Positions 15,025 through 30,983 are shown, counted from the first letter of the stretch. The stretch: 64,000 bases of DNA from Chrysomallon squamiferum (GCA_012295275.1 CM022673.1:21886001-21950000); one strand, 5' to 3'. Translations and numbers: made by a program. Notes: generated from the sequence alone by a model not told the origin.

Positions 15025-15952
15025 CCGAAATTTACAAGTAATTGTAGCAATATTCGAAGTAGCGATAGTAACAGTTATGACGATGATGATGTAGTTTAGT
15101 TTTTGTTGTTGCCTTACTTTTTATCGTTATATTTATTATTAGTATTATTAGTATTATTAATGTTATTGTTGTTGTTGTTGTTGTTGCTATTAATAAAATT
15201 TTCACAGACTAAAGCCCGTTTTCTTACTTAACCTATTCATACTTTTCTTCTTTTTTTTTTTTTGGTTGTTTTGGGGGTTTTTTTTTTTTTTGCTTTCTAC
15301 GTCGCAAAAACACTTCGGATGTCCATCTCCTGTCTCGAGGCTAAATTACTGATAATTTCTCTGATGACTGCGAGTTATTTTTGTTCTTCAGTCTTTTTCT
15401 TCGCATATTGTTTTTCTACTCAGATTCACAGATATCTTACTGAGACTAGTAACACACATCCTGCAAGCTCCTTGCATCAGGAATCGAGTTTCGGCAAAAC
15501 AACAACAAAATCAATGGCGGTCATTAGTTGTCTAAACCAATTACGGATGTCATGAAACCCGATGTCGCGATTCATCGATGAGCAGCCAAGATCAGCACAG
15601 TGGAGTGCTCTAAAATGCGGTTCTTCATTTGCAGTCCGATGCCCGTCTTGTTACAGCAGCGGCGATGATGTATTGACTTCTTGTCTCTATTCCTTCTTGA
15701 CACTCACCAAATAACAGAATAATAAAAGACTGACGATTTTATCTTTAAGAATAAATAACGGTGTTAATAAGGTTATAAAACATTGATATAAAACTGGAAG
15801 GCGGATGTATATTTGCATGTATGTATGCATTTATGTATGTACGAATCTTTGTATGTATGTATGTATGGTTATATGTATGTTGTATGTATGTGTGTTCTAA
15901 GTTTGTACGTATTTATGTATGTATGTATATATATGTATTTATACACATACAG

Positions 15953-15984
<32 letters not shown>

Positions 15985-18900
15985 GTGTATGTATGTATGT
16001 ATGTATGTTTATTTGTATGCATGCATGTATATATATAGATGTATGTTTGACTGCTGAATAATAATTATCTGAAACAATACACATCATAAATATCCTTATT
16101 TCAGCGAGTTCAGACGTTTTACTACTTCATTTTATCAAATTAAGTCTGATATATCATAGAATAAGTGCATAAAAAACTGATTTCCATTACAATATTTTAT
16201 TTTTATTTCACACCAATGGCCAGATTCCGAACATTATTAATAGAAAGATAAAACAAGGTGATCCTACAGACGTGAAAATTAAAGTGCAGCGCTACCATTT
16301 TTTAACTGCAAAATAAATTCTGAACAACAAACTCAACAAGAGACATTCCAAGAAGTCACCTAACAGTAAATTGAATATCTCTCTGTAAGAAATCAAATTC
16401 CACCTGCTGCAATAACAGAGTACATTAAGATTTCGTGGAAGTCATATAAATGCAGATACTGTACGTAGAAGAATTTATCAGAGGCACTGGTGTATCAACA
16501 ATATCGGCTTCTTTTACTCTAGAATTGAAGTTTTCTCGACGGAAATACGTTCACATATAGTTTACATATCCTACTGATTGCGTGGCAGTTAGCTGGTTAA
16601 CAAATGTTGGTAAAAGCACTGACAACCACACATGAAGGGGAAGGATAATCACAATTCTCGCTTTTCCCTTCAACAGACTCCTGAGTTTGACGCCCATGAC
16701 AAACAAACTTTAACCATCAGTAATTGTCAACATGTTTAAAAATGGCTGACTATTTGTGACTGATAAGCATATACTGACATTTTACATGTGGTCACATAAT
16801 TTTTTAATTTATATTTTGACATAAAACTATAATAAACTATAATTTTACCAAAATTACCACATTAAATAATAACAGTAATTTTGTTCCTCTTTTCTTTTGC
16901 TCTTTGTGTGTGTGTTTGCTCAAATACGTTATCTGAAATCTTACTTACATCCATAAGCAGACATTTGGTGTAGTTTGTCCACTCTTTGTGACCGACTGGA
17001 TCTGTGTACCATGTCCCGTTCTCTGTGCATAACTTCGTGGCATCCGCTGTAAATAATAATAATAAAAACAACAACAATGATAATGATAATAATAAAACAG
17101 TAACAACAACAGCAACAATACTAACAATAATAATAATAATAATGGCAACAACAATACTAACAATAATAATAATAATAATAATAATGACAACAACAATAGT
17201 AACAGCAACAACAACAATAATAATAATATTAAAACATGGAAAGTTGTGAATTAAATATATATCTATATTAATTCCGTGAGGTTTTGGGGGGGGTTTCTTT
17301 TTTTCTTTTCTTTTTTTCTGTTTGTCATTTTTCTGTAATCGTATTATTACTTTTTTATTTTATTTATTTCATTTGTTTGTTTGATGTTTTCTCTTATTTT
17401 ATTAATTGTTCCTGTTGTTGTTTGATTTTATTCCTGGTTTTAATCTAAACATATTTCTTTCTGTTCATTAAGAAATATTTTGCTCTACCGCTCCAGACAT
17501 GAGTTAATCACGTTTTGTAACAGCTAACTTTCAATGTAAGAAGTATATGAGTCAAAATTATTGACGAATCCATCATTTTTTGTTTGACTTGGCATCATAT
17601 AAGTCATCTCTGTGTGACAAGATGTCTGCCATCATCTATTAATCAAAAAACTAAATTGCTAGCAAACATTCAGTATAGATTTAACAAAATTTAGATTTGT
17701 TTCTTTATCTCAATAGATCTCATCTATTCAGTTTAAGTGAAATGGAGCAGTTTATAATACAACCAGGATACACAGAATATTACCCTGAGAATAAAGCTAA
17801 TTAATCATCAGAGGGTAAACGAAGAAATTAATCTTGTAATATTGACCTTGTGTTATTGCTGCTGGTAATCTTTCACTGAGATAATAATCACAGACGTAAT
17901 TGGACCCAGCTTATCAATTAGTAATGCGCTGTCGTCGTAAGATCAGACAGCAGAGATGGTAAAATAAACTCTAAAGGAGGAAATCTGCTGAAAACTGCTA
18001 TTATAAAAGATGCATTATCAGGAACCACCCTTTAATCATGAAGAAAAAATCTGTCAGTATAGTATAAAACTTATAAAATACAGTTTCTCATGTTCTTCGA
18101 GTTCCAGTCATACAAAACAGGCAGCGATGTGAGGAGGATAACTTCTTCGAACAGGCATTGGTAGCAGACGATCGCGTACCAAACTCAGATTAATGGATGC
18201 AGAGAATGTTGATATGTGACAGCAATTAAATACGAATCCAGACATCACCTGACAAATTAACCACTTGAGCAGACCAGAATTGGCTGCCCGTGTCAAATGC
18301 CGAGACGAGAAAAGAAAAATGGAAAAGCTGATGTAGACTTGAGTGTAAAATGGCTGACCCTGGTTGAATTGTATTGCAAGACTGTAGTGTTTACAAAGTA
18401 TTTATCACACTTGACATATTACAAGAAACTCTGAAATTACGCTCGGCTATTTAATAATATGCTTTCCATGACCATCTGTGAAACGGATCCCAAGGATGTC
18501 CTCTAGATTATCACACTTCCATAAGAGTATAAGACTACCCGAATTTTGCCAGATAATACTGAACAGATCATTAAAAATAAATCAATCAATATTAGATTCC
18601 TCCAGTATGTTTTTTTTATTATTATTATTTAATAAATATACCGTCTCATATCCACCTCCTACAAATAAACCTGCATACTTGTATAATTATTACAAGTGAA
18701 TGTAGAACGTGGTTTTATTACTGAGAATGAAACTGATATTTACTGATTGCTGATTGTATTGTATTATCAGTGAATGTAGAACGTGGTTTTATTACTGAGA
18801 ATGAAACTGATATTTACTGATTGCTGATTGTATTGTATTATCAGTGAATGTAGAACGTGGTTTTATTACTGAGAATGACACTGATATTTACTGATTGCTG

Positions 18901-21900
18901 ATTGTATATTATTACAAGTGAATGTAGAACGTAGTTTTATTACTGAGAATGAAACTGATATTTACTGATTGCTGATTGTATATTATTACAAGTGAATGTA
19001 GAACGTGGTTTTATTACTGAGAATGAAACTGATATTTACTGATTGCTGATTGTATTGTATTATCAGTGAATGTAGAACGTGGTTTTATTACTGAGAATGA
19101 AACTGATATTTACTGATTGCTGATTGTATTGTATTATCAGTGAATGTAGAACGTGGTTTTATTACTGAGAATGAAACTGATATTTACTGATTGCTGATTG
19201 TATTGTATTATCAGTGAATGTAGAACGTGGTTTTATTACTGAGAATGACACTGATATTTACTGATTGCTGATTGTATATTATTACAAGTGAATGTAGAAC
19301 GTAGTTTTATTACTGAGAATGAAACTGATATTTACTGATTGCTGATTGTATATTATTACAAGTGAATGTAGAACGTGGTTTTATTACTGAGAATGAAACT
19401 GATATTTACTGATTGCTGATTGTATTGTATTATCAGTGAATGTAGAACGTGGTTTTATTACTGAGAATGAAACTGATATTTACTGATTGCTGATTGTATT
19501 GTATTATCAGTGAATGTAGAACGTGGTTTTATTACTGAGAATGACACTGATATTTACTGATTGCTGATTGTATATTATTACAAGTGAATGTAGAACGTAG
19601 TTTTATTACTGAGAATGAAACTGATATTTACTGACTGCTGATTGTATTGTATTATCAGTGAATGTAGAACGTGGTTTTATTACTGAGAATGAAACTGATA
19701 TTTACTGATTGCTGATTGTATTGTATTATCAGTGAATGTAGAACGTAGTTTTATTACTGAGAATGAAACTGATATTTACTGATTGCTGATTGTATTGTAT
19801 TATCAGTGAATGTAGAACGTAGTTTTATTACTGAGAATGAAACTGATATTTACTGATTGCTGATTGTATTGTATTATCAGTGAATGTAGAACGTAGTTTT
19901 ATTACAGAGAATGAAACTGATATTTACTGATTGCTGATTGTATTGTATTATCAGTGAATGTAGAACGTAGTTTTATTACTGAGAATGAAACTGATATTTA
20001 CTGATTGCTGATTGTATTGTATTATCAGTGAATGTAGAACGTAGTTTTATTACAGAGAATGAAACTGATATTTACTGATTGCTGATTGTATTGTATTATC
20101 AGTGAATGTAGAACGTAGTTTTATTACAGAGAATGAAACTGATATTTACTGATTGCTGATTGTATATTATTACAAGTGAATGTAGAACGTGGTTTTATTA
20201 CTGAGAATGAAACTGATATTTACTGATTGCTGATTGTATTGTATTATCAGTGAATGTAGAACGTAGTTTTATTACTGAGAATGAAACTGATATTTACTGA
20301 TTGCTGATTGTATTGTATTATCAGTGAATGTAGAACGTGGTTTTATTACAGAGAATGAAACTGATATTTACTGATTGCTGATTGTATGTTATTACAAGTG
20401 AATGTAGAACGTAGTTTTATTACTGAGAATGAAACTGATATTTACTGTTTGCTGATTGTATTGTATTATCAGTGAATGTTGAACGTGGTTTTATTACAGA
20501 GAATGAAACTGATATTTACTGATTGCTGATTGTATTGTATTATCAGTGAATGTAGAACGTGGTTTTATTACAGAGAATGAAAGTAATATTTACTGATGGT
20601 TACTAATATAGTATTACCAGTGAAAGAAGAAAGTGGTTTTAATACGTCTCAAGCAGATTTCTACAATCTTGATTTACACCAAAATATATGACGAAAACAC
20701 ATTTTTATATTCACTTCATGCACAATATCCTTTTTAAATATGCATACAAGCTTTAACTATCGTTAGAATATACTGACTAGTTGTGTGTGATAAGGTAATA
20801 AATTAAACATTAATCTCTCTACCTCTCACAGAACAGAAAATCACTTGGGTTTTTTCTTACAAATAGCTAAAGTATTTGAAGGAAAGGAGACCTTTTTTGT
20901 CTCTGTTTTTATAAAATCATTTAATTTCGACTTAATCGGTTATAAATTATTTATATTAATGACTAGTGAAGTTTAACTTGGCTCGCATGAACCTGATTAA
21001 TCAATCACGAAATCAGTTATCTCAGCTTATTGTTCCAGGCATGATCAGTCAGTGACAGGTTTGCCAAAGTATTTTCTAGATTATGATAATTTGGAATGAA
21101 ACTAGTTCTGTGACATAATATCTGCTCAAGGTGCGATAACTCTTTGGATCGACCCATCTTAAACCAATATAATTTAACATTTAAGGCCTGACAGCTTATG
21201 ATATTTTAATTTAGTTAAAGTCAGTTTTGTATATATATTATTATTAATTTAGTCATCTATTTCAACAATAAAACTGATAAAAACAAATAATAACTTGTAA
21301 GTGAAGTTTGAAGTAAAATGTGGGTTTGAACAAGTAAGAGACATAAAGACATTACAGTAATGCATGTTAAAACATTGTATCGATTTAACAGAAAATCAAC
21401 ACAGACAACCTGTATGAAATAATAAGTATCGTGAGACCTTGATACGATATACGATCATGCGAAGTATCGACTTGCACATCGAATACTTAGAGCACCGCCA
21501 TGATGTATCCATTTTAAAATCAAAGTTAAATGTTTTAAATGAACTACATAACCAGGTTCTATGTTAATGATGACATTTATGCTCAGCTGATTGTTATGGT
21601 ACATACTTCGATTATATAATCAATAAACAATGTGGTCCTACCGTTTGTTAGTTAATTCCAAGAGAAACAAAATGGAGAACTGAAGTTTGAAACGGAATTA
21701 ATTTGCATTTGCTAACTCAGTGATAAGTTGAGGATGTCATCTATAAGAATCTATTATTTCTCTCTAATGTTTGTTTTAATCTAAAATCATGTCTTTAACA
21801 TTTTGTCTTATAATATATGTGATAGATTTTGATGTGTGTCTGTGTGTGCATGTATATACATGTACACATATAAACACACACAAACACACACACACACATG

Positions 21901-24900
21901 TATATGTTTGTTTGTTACATTGAGGTTAACAAAAAAAAGATTTTCCTTCATACCAAATAAACGAGAAGAACAGGAAATAAAAAAATGTTCCCCGGATCAT
22001 CCTATTATTTTATTTAGCGATAAATTTAATTAAAAGATTTATTTTTCAGATATGTTTAGCAAATCAAATTTAGAAAAAGACGTAATGTCGATAGATGGCT
22101 ATCAAGAAAAAATATCTCAGTATGATTCGCTGCCAGAAACGTTGAATGTAATTAGATTCTAATTTCTTTAATTTAAAATATCTATAATTCTATTTTTTTA
22201 AATTAAAAGTATATTTATTTTGATTTCTTTAACTTGAAATATCTATTATTCGATATCTTTGAGATATTTCTCAATTAATTTCTTTAAAAGTAATTTATTA
22301 TTATCTATTTCATAATTATAGTATTTTTATATCTAAACCCCCTTTTAGCCTGTCTTTTAATAATTCATTTTAAATATTATAGTTTCCAGCAGAATCTGTA
22401 TTCATCTTTAAATCTCGTCTACGTATATCTCTTTCTTTGATTTACTTATTTCCTGTCTGGAGCTTTCATTAGCTAAATATTGGTGATAAATCATTAAATA
22501 TAATAGTCTGAGAATGAATTCCTCTATGTCTAATTTTTACACAGTAAATCATTTGGCCTAGGAGAAAACGTACACAAAAATATTTTCGAAACCTTTTCTC
22601 TCCAAAGTCGCAGCTAACTGTCAGTTTAAAAGAAACATTCTGAAACCGACAGCCCTTTATTCAAACTTAGAGTCGTTACGACTACAAAGTGATGATGGTT
22701 TAGTCCTAGAGACTAAAGGCTCGAAACTGAAAAATTGTCACAACTGAATCAAACTCGATGTTCCAAATTTAGAATTTGTGTATATGAAATTTACCCTGCA
22801 TTTCAGAAAAGGCATTCAGGGAATATAAGTTGGCTGATGATTTCTATTCCCTCTAGCGAGACTGGATATTAAAATATGTTGGTTAGAGATGCAGTTGACG
22901 TTTTGTGTTATTGCCTGTCGAAAACAGACCTGTATTCTGATTTACGAGTTTTCACGCTCAGGGCAATGTTGTAGTGATTTTAAATAATGCTTCACTCAGG
23001 TTGCATATTCTCATAAGGTAACTTGCTTTAGACAAATAAATGTCCGTTGACAAAATTAGTAAATTTTGTTTTTATTTTGTTATCTCAGCTGATTTGTACG
23101 TTAGATGAAAAAGACATTTGATTTATCTATGATTCTCTCTGTTTCTTCTTGTCTTTCAATGTCCTCTATATGAAATGAATCCATTCATCAACACTGATTA
23201 TAATGATTAACATACTTTAAAATTAAAGTAATCAAGTATATTTCAATCTGTGTTTGGGTTTGATGAAGAAAGAATATATATATATATATATTTGATTTTG
23301 ATTTTGATTTTTTTTTGGGGGGGGGCTTTGTTTGTTTGTTGTTGTTTTACTTTTTTTTTTTTTTTTTTTGACTCAGTAACATTGAAATTGCACTTATAGT
23401 TAGTTAAGATGTTTAGTCAAACCTGTCTAAACAAAAGCTGGTGACACGTTGGCCTTGGCTATCTCGAGAAACAAAAACATCTAAAAAAAACGGAAAGACA
23501 ATAACAAGAGTCATGGCAATAATTCTACTGCCTGGTTAACTGCTCCCAGTTATACATTACACGACCACGTGGTAGACAGCTGATTGCCTGGTTAACTGCT
23601 CCCAGTTATACATTACACAACCACGTGGTAAACAGCTGACTGTCTGGTTAACAGTTCACAGTTATACATTACACGACCACGTGGTAAACAGCTGATTGCC
23701 TGGTTAACTGCTCCCAGTTATACATTACACAACCACGTGGTAAACAGCTGACTGTCTGGTTAAGAGCTCCCAGTTATACATTACACGACCACGTGGTAAA
23801 CAGCTGACAGACTGGTTAACTGCTCCCAGTTATACATTACACGACCACGTGGTAAACAGCTGACAGACTGGTTAACTGCTCCCAGTTATACATTACACGA
23901 CCACGTGGTAAACAGCTGACTGTCTGGTTAACAGCTCACAGTTATACGTTACACGACCACGTGATAGACGGCTGACTGACTGGTTAACAGCTCCCCTTTA
24001 TACATTACACGACCACGTGATAAACAGCTGACTGCCTGGTTAACTACTCCCAGTTATACATTACACGACCACGTGATAAACAGCTGACTGCCTGGTTAAC
24101 TGCTCCCAGTTATACATTACACGACCACGTGATAAACAGCTGACTGCCTGGTTAACTACTCCCAGTTATACATTACACGACCACGTGATAGACGGCTGAC
24201 TGCCTGGTTAACTACTCCCAGTTATACATTACACGACCACGTGATAGACAGCTGACTGCTTGGTTAACTGCTCCCAGTTATACATTACACGACCACGTGA
24301 TAAACAGCTGACTGCCTGGTTAACTACTCCCAGTTATACATTACACGACCACGTGATAAACAGCTGACTGCCTGGTTAACTACTCCCAGTTATACATTAC
24401 ACGACCACGTGGTAAACAGCTGACTGCCTGGTTAACTGCTCCCAATTATACATTACACGACCACGTGGTGGACAGCTGACTGTCTGGTTAACAGCTCACA
24501 GTTATACGTTACACGACCACGTGGTGGACAGCTGACTGCCTGGTTAACTGCTCCCAGTTATACATTACACGACCACGTGGTAAACAGCTGACTGACTGGT
24601 TAACAGCTCCCAGTTATACATTACACGACCACGTGGTAAACAGCTGACTGCCTGGTTAACTGCTCCCAGTTATACATTACACGACCACGTGGTAAACAGC
24701 TGACTGACTGGTTAACAGCTCCCAGTTATGTTACCGAAATGAATGGCGCCGGCGTAATACGACAAGAACGATAATAAAATTGTTTTATATAGCAAAATAA
24801 TCGCTACATCACTGTAGCTGATGTTTAACGTTATGCGCGTTTTAAGCTGTGCAGGAGTGAGAAAACTCTCGTTTAATATTACTATTATTCTCGAAAGTTA

Positions 24901-26566
24901 TAGACAAGGAGAGACAAATTAAGATAGATCCGAAATACAATAGCTTGATTTAACTGAAGTGCCGCAAGGAGTGTAGTAAATCAAATTATAAATGATAAAT
25001 TAACTTACTTACGTACATCCATACCTACTGTCGTACTGTGTTAATTAATAATTATCCTAGTACTTACGTCATAAAAAATATTTTTGATCTTTTTTCCTTA
25101 AAGCATCGTAAGTCTTTATTCCCATTCATTCTGATACAAATTTCATTCGTTTTATTTTGAAACAGCAGAATTTCCTGTCTTCTATTCCTAGTAAAAGTTA
25201 ACAAGGAATAATTGATAGAAAATTCTCAGATAAGAAATGTAATTAGTCTTCAAATTCATATTTTAGTCAAATTGAACGTAATGCTTCATTAGGTTATCGT
25301 GAGCCGTCCCTTTGCTTTTACAAATATTTTGTCCTGCTATTGAAGTGAGGTTAATGCACAATGTCCTGGAAAACGTATAGAAAAGATGAATGATTAGAAT
25401 AATGTATGTCAGTCACAGATGTTTTATGATGAACACATCCAATTTATAATGATACCTTATGTTTTCGTAAATTATTATTATTATTATATATAATTAGCCC
25501 TTAACAGTCAGGAATCAGTTTAGAAGAAGAAACAAAATAAGAACAAGAAGGGAAAAAAAGAACATAAACAAAAAAGAAGAAGATTAAATAAACTAGGACT
25601 TCATTTGTTTTATATAAAATTAAAAATCGATAGTTTTACGAGTTCTGATATCAATAAAGGAAAAAGGGGCGTAGAAAGTAAAAAAGTTACTGCTGATTAG
25701 ATGTCGATTCCAAAATCCGTTTTGTCATAAAAGTGTGATAAACGCCAAATTGAAATTTTCGGTCTCGTTGCAGAGGTTTTCTTGCATGGTAATTATAGAA
25801 TTCAATAATGTTAGGTTAGTAAGTTAACAGATTAGGAAGTATAGACGTTAATGGTCTTATGATTTGAATCCACTGAAACGTATCTGCTAAGCAGGATAAA
25901 GTTTACCTTTGTTGATAAGAAAAGTCAACCACAGTGTGCTTAATTCCAAGTTTTTATTTTATTTGTTACTGCTGACAAGTCTTAAGTAATTATAACGTAT
26001 ATCAACAAAACAGTTTTCTGTAGCGCGACACTACCGAGTTACATTCTTCTTGTGTCGTCAGAAAATCATTTAATTTTTCCTGAAATATTAAACTAGCTTT
26101 CAAGGCTGTATGTATAATCAGTAATGATCATTTTTCTGAATGTGCATTCAAACAGTAGTTATTACAAAACCAGAGGCCAGTAAGGGTTGACAGAGATTTA
26201 AATTAAATGCTATCAACGAATAAAATAACAGTTTAAATTAATTAAAGATAACAGACTGCATTCATACAAAAAAGCTTTAGAGAGGAAAATCTTATAATTT
26301 TCTTTTTTGTACGATCTGTCATTGTTTCAATTTTATTTATGTGAAAGTTTTTACTTGAGTGTATGCTTCGTCAGTGTCCATATAAAAAAGAAAAACAGTT
26401 CATGACGAGCAGTTGTTCTTACACGCTTTGGTCTGATTATTCAGCAGAAAGAGATGTGATGACGTGACAGTAAAACTGGCAGTAGCTAATCCTGTATTTT
26501 GTTTTTAGATATTACAAGTGAAAACTTCTTTCGTAGAAATTGTGGTCGATGGATGAAAGTAAGATT

Positions 26567-26608
<42 letters not shown>

Positions 26609-29600
26609 GCACGTCTCATGAGTCAGGTATAATATGAGATAATGGTGTACTCAAATGTTTTGTAACAAAACTATTTTAATTTCCATACTTTGTTATTAGC
26701 TGATAAATAAGTAAATAAATTAATTAATATATACAGTTGCAGCGCCAAAGGTACACATAATCAGTGCGTAATGAAAATGAGTGTTCGACAGTGTAAACGA
26801 TTAGGGTTACAATAAAGTCATTAAAATGTAAATACCTGAGAGAAAAAATAATTATCACGTAAGTAATGACATTCTTGAACGAATTCTAACTAAAGCAAAC
26901 TGGGGGCGTCTGAGTGCACTTTGCACTATAATCAGTCGTGTAATGTAAGCCGAAACATGAAACTTGGAAAATGATTTCAGCAAAGCAAGAAACAAGGAGT
27001 GAAAAGAGACAGTATAAAAACAAATTCATGGCATTTTCTACATCAGTTTTATAGTTATTATGATTTCAACCATAAGCTATTAATTAAACTTAATGAAATA
27101 CATAACATTAAATAATATACTCTAAGGAAAAAATTCAAAACGAAATTAAAGACTATGGTAAACCATTGATGGCTGTTGTAGCGATTATAATGTATTAAAA
27201 GACAATCTAGCTAATCTTCATGTTGTGAATTCTAAAAGAGATATGTAAGTTACAACCTAACAACTGATAGCATTTAGATTTAACAAACACCTATGATTGG
27301 AAAGTGTCATTTGGTGAGTTTTCTTCTTATTAATTCGAAAGGAATTATGTAAGTGTACAACCTGTAATCTCTAACATGTAGTACTTAATGTATACTTACA
27401 CTGAAAGATAAACAATATAAACCTGATAAGAATGTCAACGGCCTCTCAGTGGAATTTAACTATTAATATTTCTTTTTTATTTCTTATCTTGTACGTAACC
27501 AAATAAATATAATAAACTTTAATATTAGTATACTAATGTCAACATGTTTGTGTATCCATAAATATTTCTAATGAACAATACACTGTGTTTGTTGTGTATA
27601 TGTGTTTATATATATATATATTATTATGGAGGTATATATGTGTATGTGTGTATGTATATAGGTAAGTAAGTATGTGTGTATGTATGTATGTATGTATGTA
27701 TCTATGTATGTATGTATGTTTGTATGTATGTATGTATGTATGTATGTATGTATGTATGTAGTTATGTATGTATGTATGTATGTAAGGAGACATCCGAATA
27801 TGCTTAATTACATAGTCAAAACCAATATGAAAAGATATATACTATTTTAAATTAACTATTTTGTTTATTATAAATTAACTATGACATCAGATGAGTTTGT
27901 TGTGGCTGAATATCACAAGTGTAAAAATAATGTTGAAATATGAATTGATTAGTTTTTTGTGTGAACACATTAATGTAATCACTGTTGTAGTTTTTGAAAG
28001 CGATAAGTATATTTTCTTTTGTACTATTTTTAAATATCCTATACTTTATCTGTTTCCAAGTGTGATTAGTCATATCATATCCCCCAAAATAAAGGTAGCA
28101 GTATTGATATTTCATGTTTACTTAACAACACATTGGTAGTTCAGTATATATCCTGCATTTGTTAGGAACATTTTATACACGGTCTTATTGTTCAGAAAAT
28201 TCTATACACGATCTAATGCTGAAATGATCGGTATTATTTGCTGTAGGACAACTAGATGGCACTGTGATTATCATTTACCAGACGTCTTATTTTTGTATTC
28301 ATCTCACTAATGATTAATAATTACACTCTTTTATCCGGTATGTTAACAATGGAGGATAATGTAAATACTGATAAAAGCTTTAAGTCAAACGGCCATTGAC
28401 GTTTTCGCTAATGTGTATTCATAGAAAGTTGTTTTTCAAAAAACATTATACACTATTACACTTTTTAAATATACGTATTGACAATAATGCTTTTACAATG
28501 AATTCAGAAGCCACCAAAGGTATTTACACACACCATAAATTAAATAAACCTGAGAACTAAAAAACAAACGACAGTAAAATCTGTCAGAAGGCTGACGTAA
28601 TGGTGTAGTAAGTAACCTAAATATAAATGACACGAAAGGAAATCCGATTACGAGAAAAGTTTCTAACTCTGTTCGAGCTGGAAGCAAATTAATGGATTTT
28701 TCTAAAGTTTTGAATAACGACACCAGCAGGCTAAGACTATGTGGGTAGCGGATAGATTTCTAATCTAAGTAAATTTACAAGTTGTCACGCAACGTTTTAG
28801 TTTCTTATCTTTCTCCAACGTTGCGTCAGAGAAGATTTGTAAAGGTTAAAAAACGTGAGAAAAAGTATTCTTTATCGTGCTAATGCATGTATATATGAAA
28901 ACATACATTCTAGAACACAAAACAGTGAATGTGCATGTCTCCGTTAACTTTGTGGAATGTTTTTCTTGTACGTTCGTGCATGTGCATATGTATGCATATG
29001 TGTGTATATGTCTGCGTTAATATATCTGTTTATATATGTGTTTGATTTGTGTCTAAGTTTTTTTATATGGTTCTTGATTCTAAAGTTTTAATAAATATTA
29101 TCAGGGGAATCTAAATGTAAAATTGTATCAAACCAAGTTTAATAAGCGGTTTCGAGTAATGTGACACTGTTCTATGACACTAGAAGTGACAGCGTGTAAT
29201 TAGAGTCACTGAAAAGTGACTGGATTAGGAAAAAATAAACGTCAGTTAATATTCTCTATCATTTTACACTAACAGTGCAAGTCCGCCACTGAGTGAGTTC
29301 TCACAAACACGTATAACTGAAACGAATGAAATGTATTTAAATTGCTTTGTGTTGGCTGTAGATTAAACCAGAACATACACTGCTCCTACTAAGCCAAAAA
29401 ACAGCAATAATTGCTACTACTGCTGTTGATACTATTATTTTTATAGGCAAGACAGATGCTTCTTGGACACATTAACAACTCCTAAAACCACTTTTACTAC
29501 AGTAACATCATTACTACTAATGCTACTACCAATACTACTAGAACAATTACAACAGTTAAAACAAATAATAATACTAATTACTGTTACTAGCACTATTACT

Positions 29601-30947
29601 GCTGCTACTGTTACAACTACAACTACTACTATTACTATTACTCCATCTCTTACTACTACCACTACTAACATAACTTCCCCCAATTAAATAATAATTTATC
29701 AAGTTCTCTTGTCACCTTCTCTATCGTTTTTCTTTTCGTCATCAAAACATCATCTTCGTCACGGTGATAATCCTCAGCTTGTTCCACGTCGTTTAACGTA
29801 TGAACAGCACCGTGGACTGCTAACTCAGTGGAAGAAGACGTTTCTACAATAACAACTAATTAATTGTAAACTGCACTCTTTCCGATTCGACAACTCCGTT
29901 CTGTCCATACAACACGTTTCTGACGGAAGACAAAGTTCTTAGCAAAACTAATCTTTCAGTGTATGTCTGCAGATACGTGTACTAAAGGATTAATATAACT
30001 TAAATGAACGTACGTCTATCTATCCCAGCTGTACAAAATTAGACAAACAGACGCACAGACATACAAATAGAAATAGAGTAAAACGAAGGGAGGAAGAAAA
30101 TGTTTTATTATCAAAGCTTTTTATTTGTGTTTATTGGGTGGAGTCAGACATATAGTTAAGGACAACTCAGATAATGAGAGAAGAAACTCGCTCTCCCATA
30201 TCACGGGCTAATATTTCCGATTAGCAAAAAGGAAATTTGTATATGCACCATTCCATTCACAGGAGAGGACGAAAAACAGAATAAAAAAATAGAATTAACA
30301 CAGAGATAAATAATTATATTTTTAAAAAATACTTACAGAACAGCACGCTATTAATAACAACTTAGTAATTTGTTTGTCTCATTAAATAAACCTCATACTG
30401 AGTTAGATGTGTCAGACATTATGAATAATTTATAGCAAAATTACAGACGTATGCTGATAGTCGTTTATATCTGCGATGGAGTACATGATTACCTTCATTT
30501 GTAGGAGAAATAAAACAGATGTGAAATTCTCAAAGTTAATAAGGGAAAATTGTTTTTAAACTGAAGCTGAATTGCCAATATATTTTGTTATGTCAGTGTG
30601 GAACCCAGGTCAATAAAGTTTTCATGTATGTGTATGTTTAGATTCAAAATGTCAGAAATATTAACATTGATTAGCAGTGACGTGGACAGAAAAACAGATA
30701 CGTTGATTCTCACAATTTAAAATACAATGTAACAGAGCTGTAGACTTTAGAACCGGCTTAGACGTCCTCACATATGTACGATCTAAACTGACTGCTTATT
30801 TCTTTTATACCTTCACTGCTTCTTAGCCTTTTGTGCTGAGTTAATGAATATTTCTTTAATGATGCCTTATTGATTGTTTGTTGAGTTATATCTGGCCTTT
30901 TTCTTGCATACTAATTATTCAAACAACATCTACAAAACAACAACAAC

Positions 30948-30983
<36 letters not shown>

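Noticed and set aside
16945-17217. Poly-Leu ORF resembling a signal peptide before GPCR exon 2
   Set aside because: It is a (TTA/TTG)n microsatellite in the intron. The real exon starts at the acceptor at 17046.
18680-24729. CRISPR-like appearance of the 74-bp and 56-bp arrays
   Set aside because: Units are head-to-tail with no unique spacers, there are no cas genes, and the context is a eukaryotic intron.
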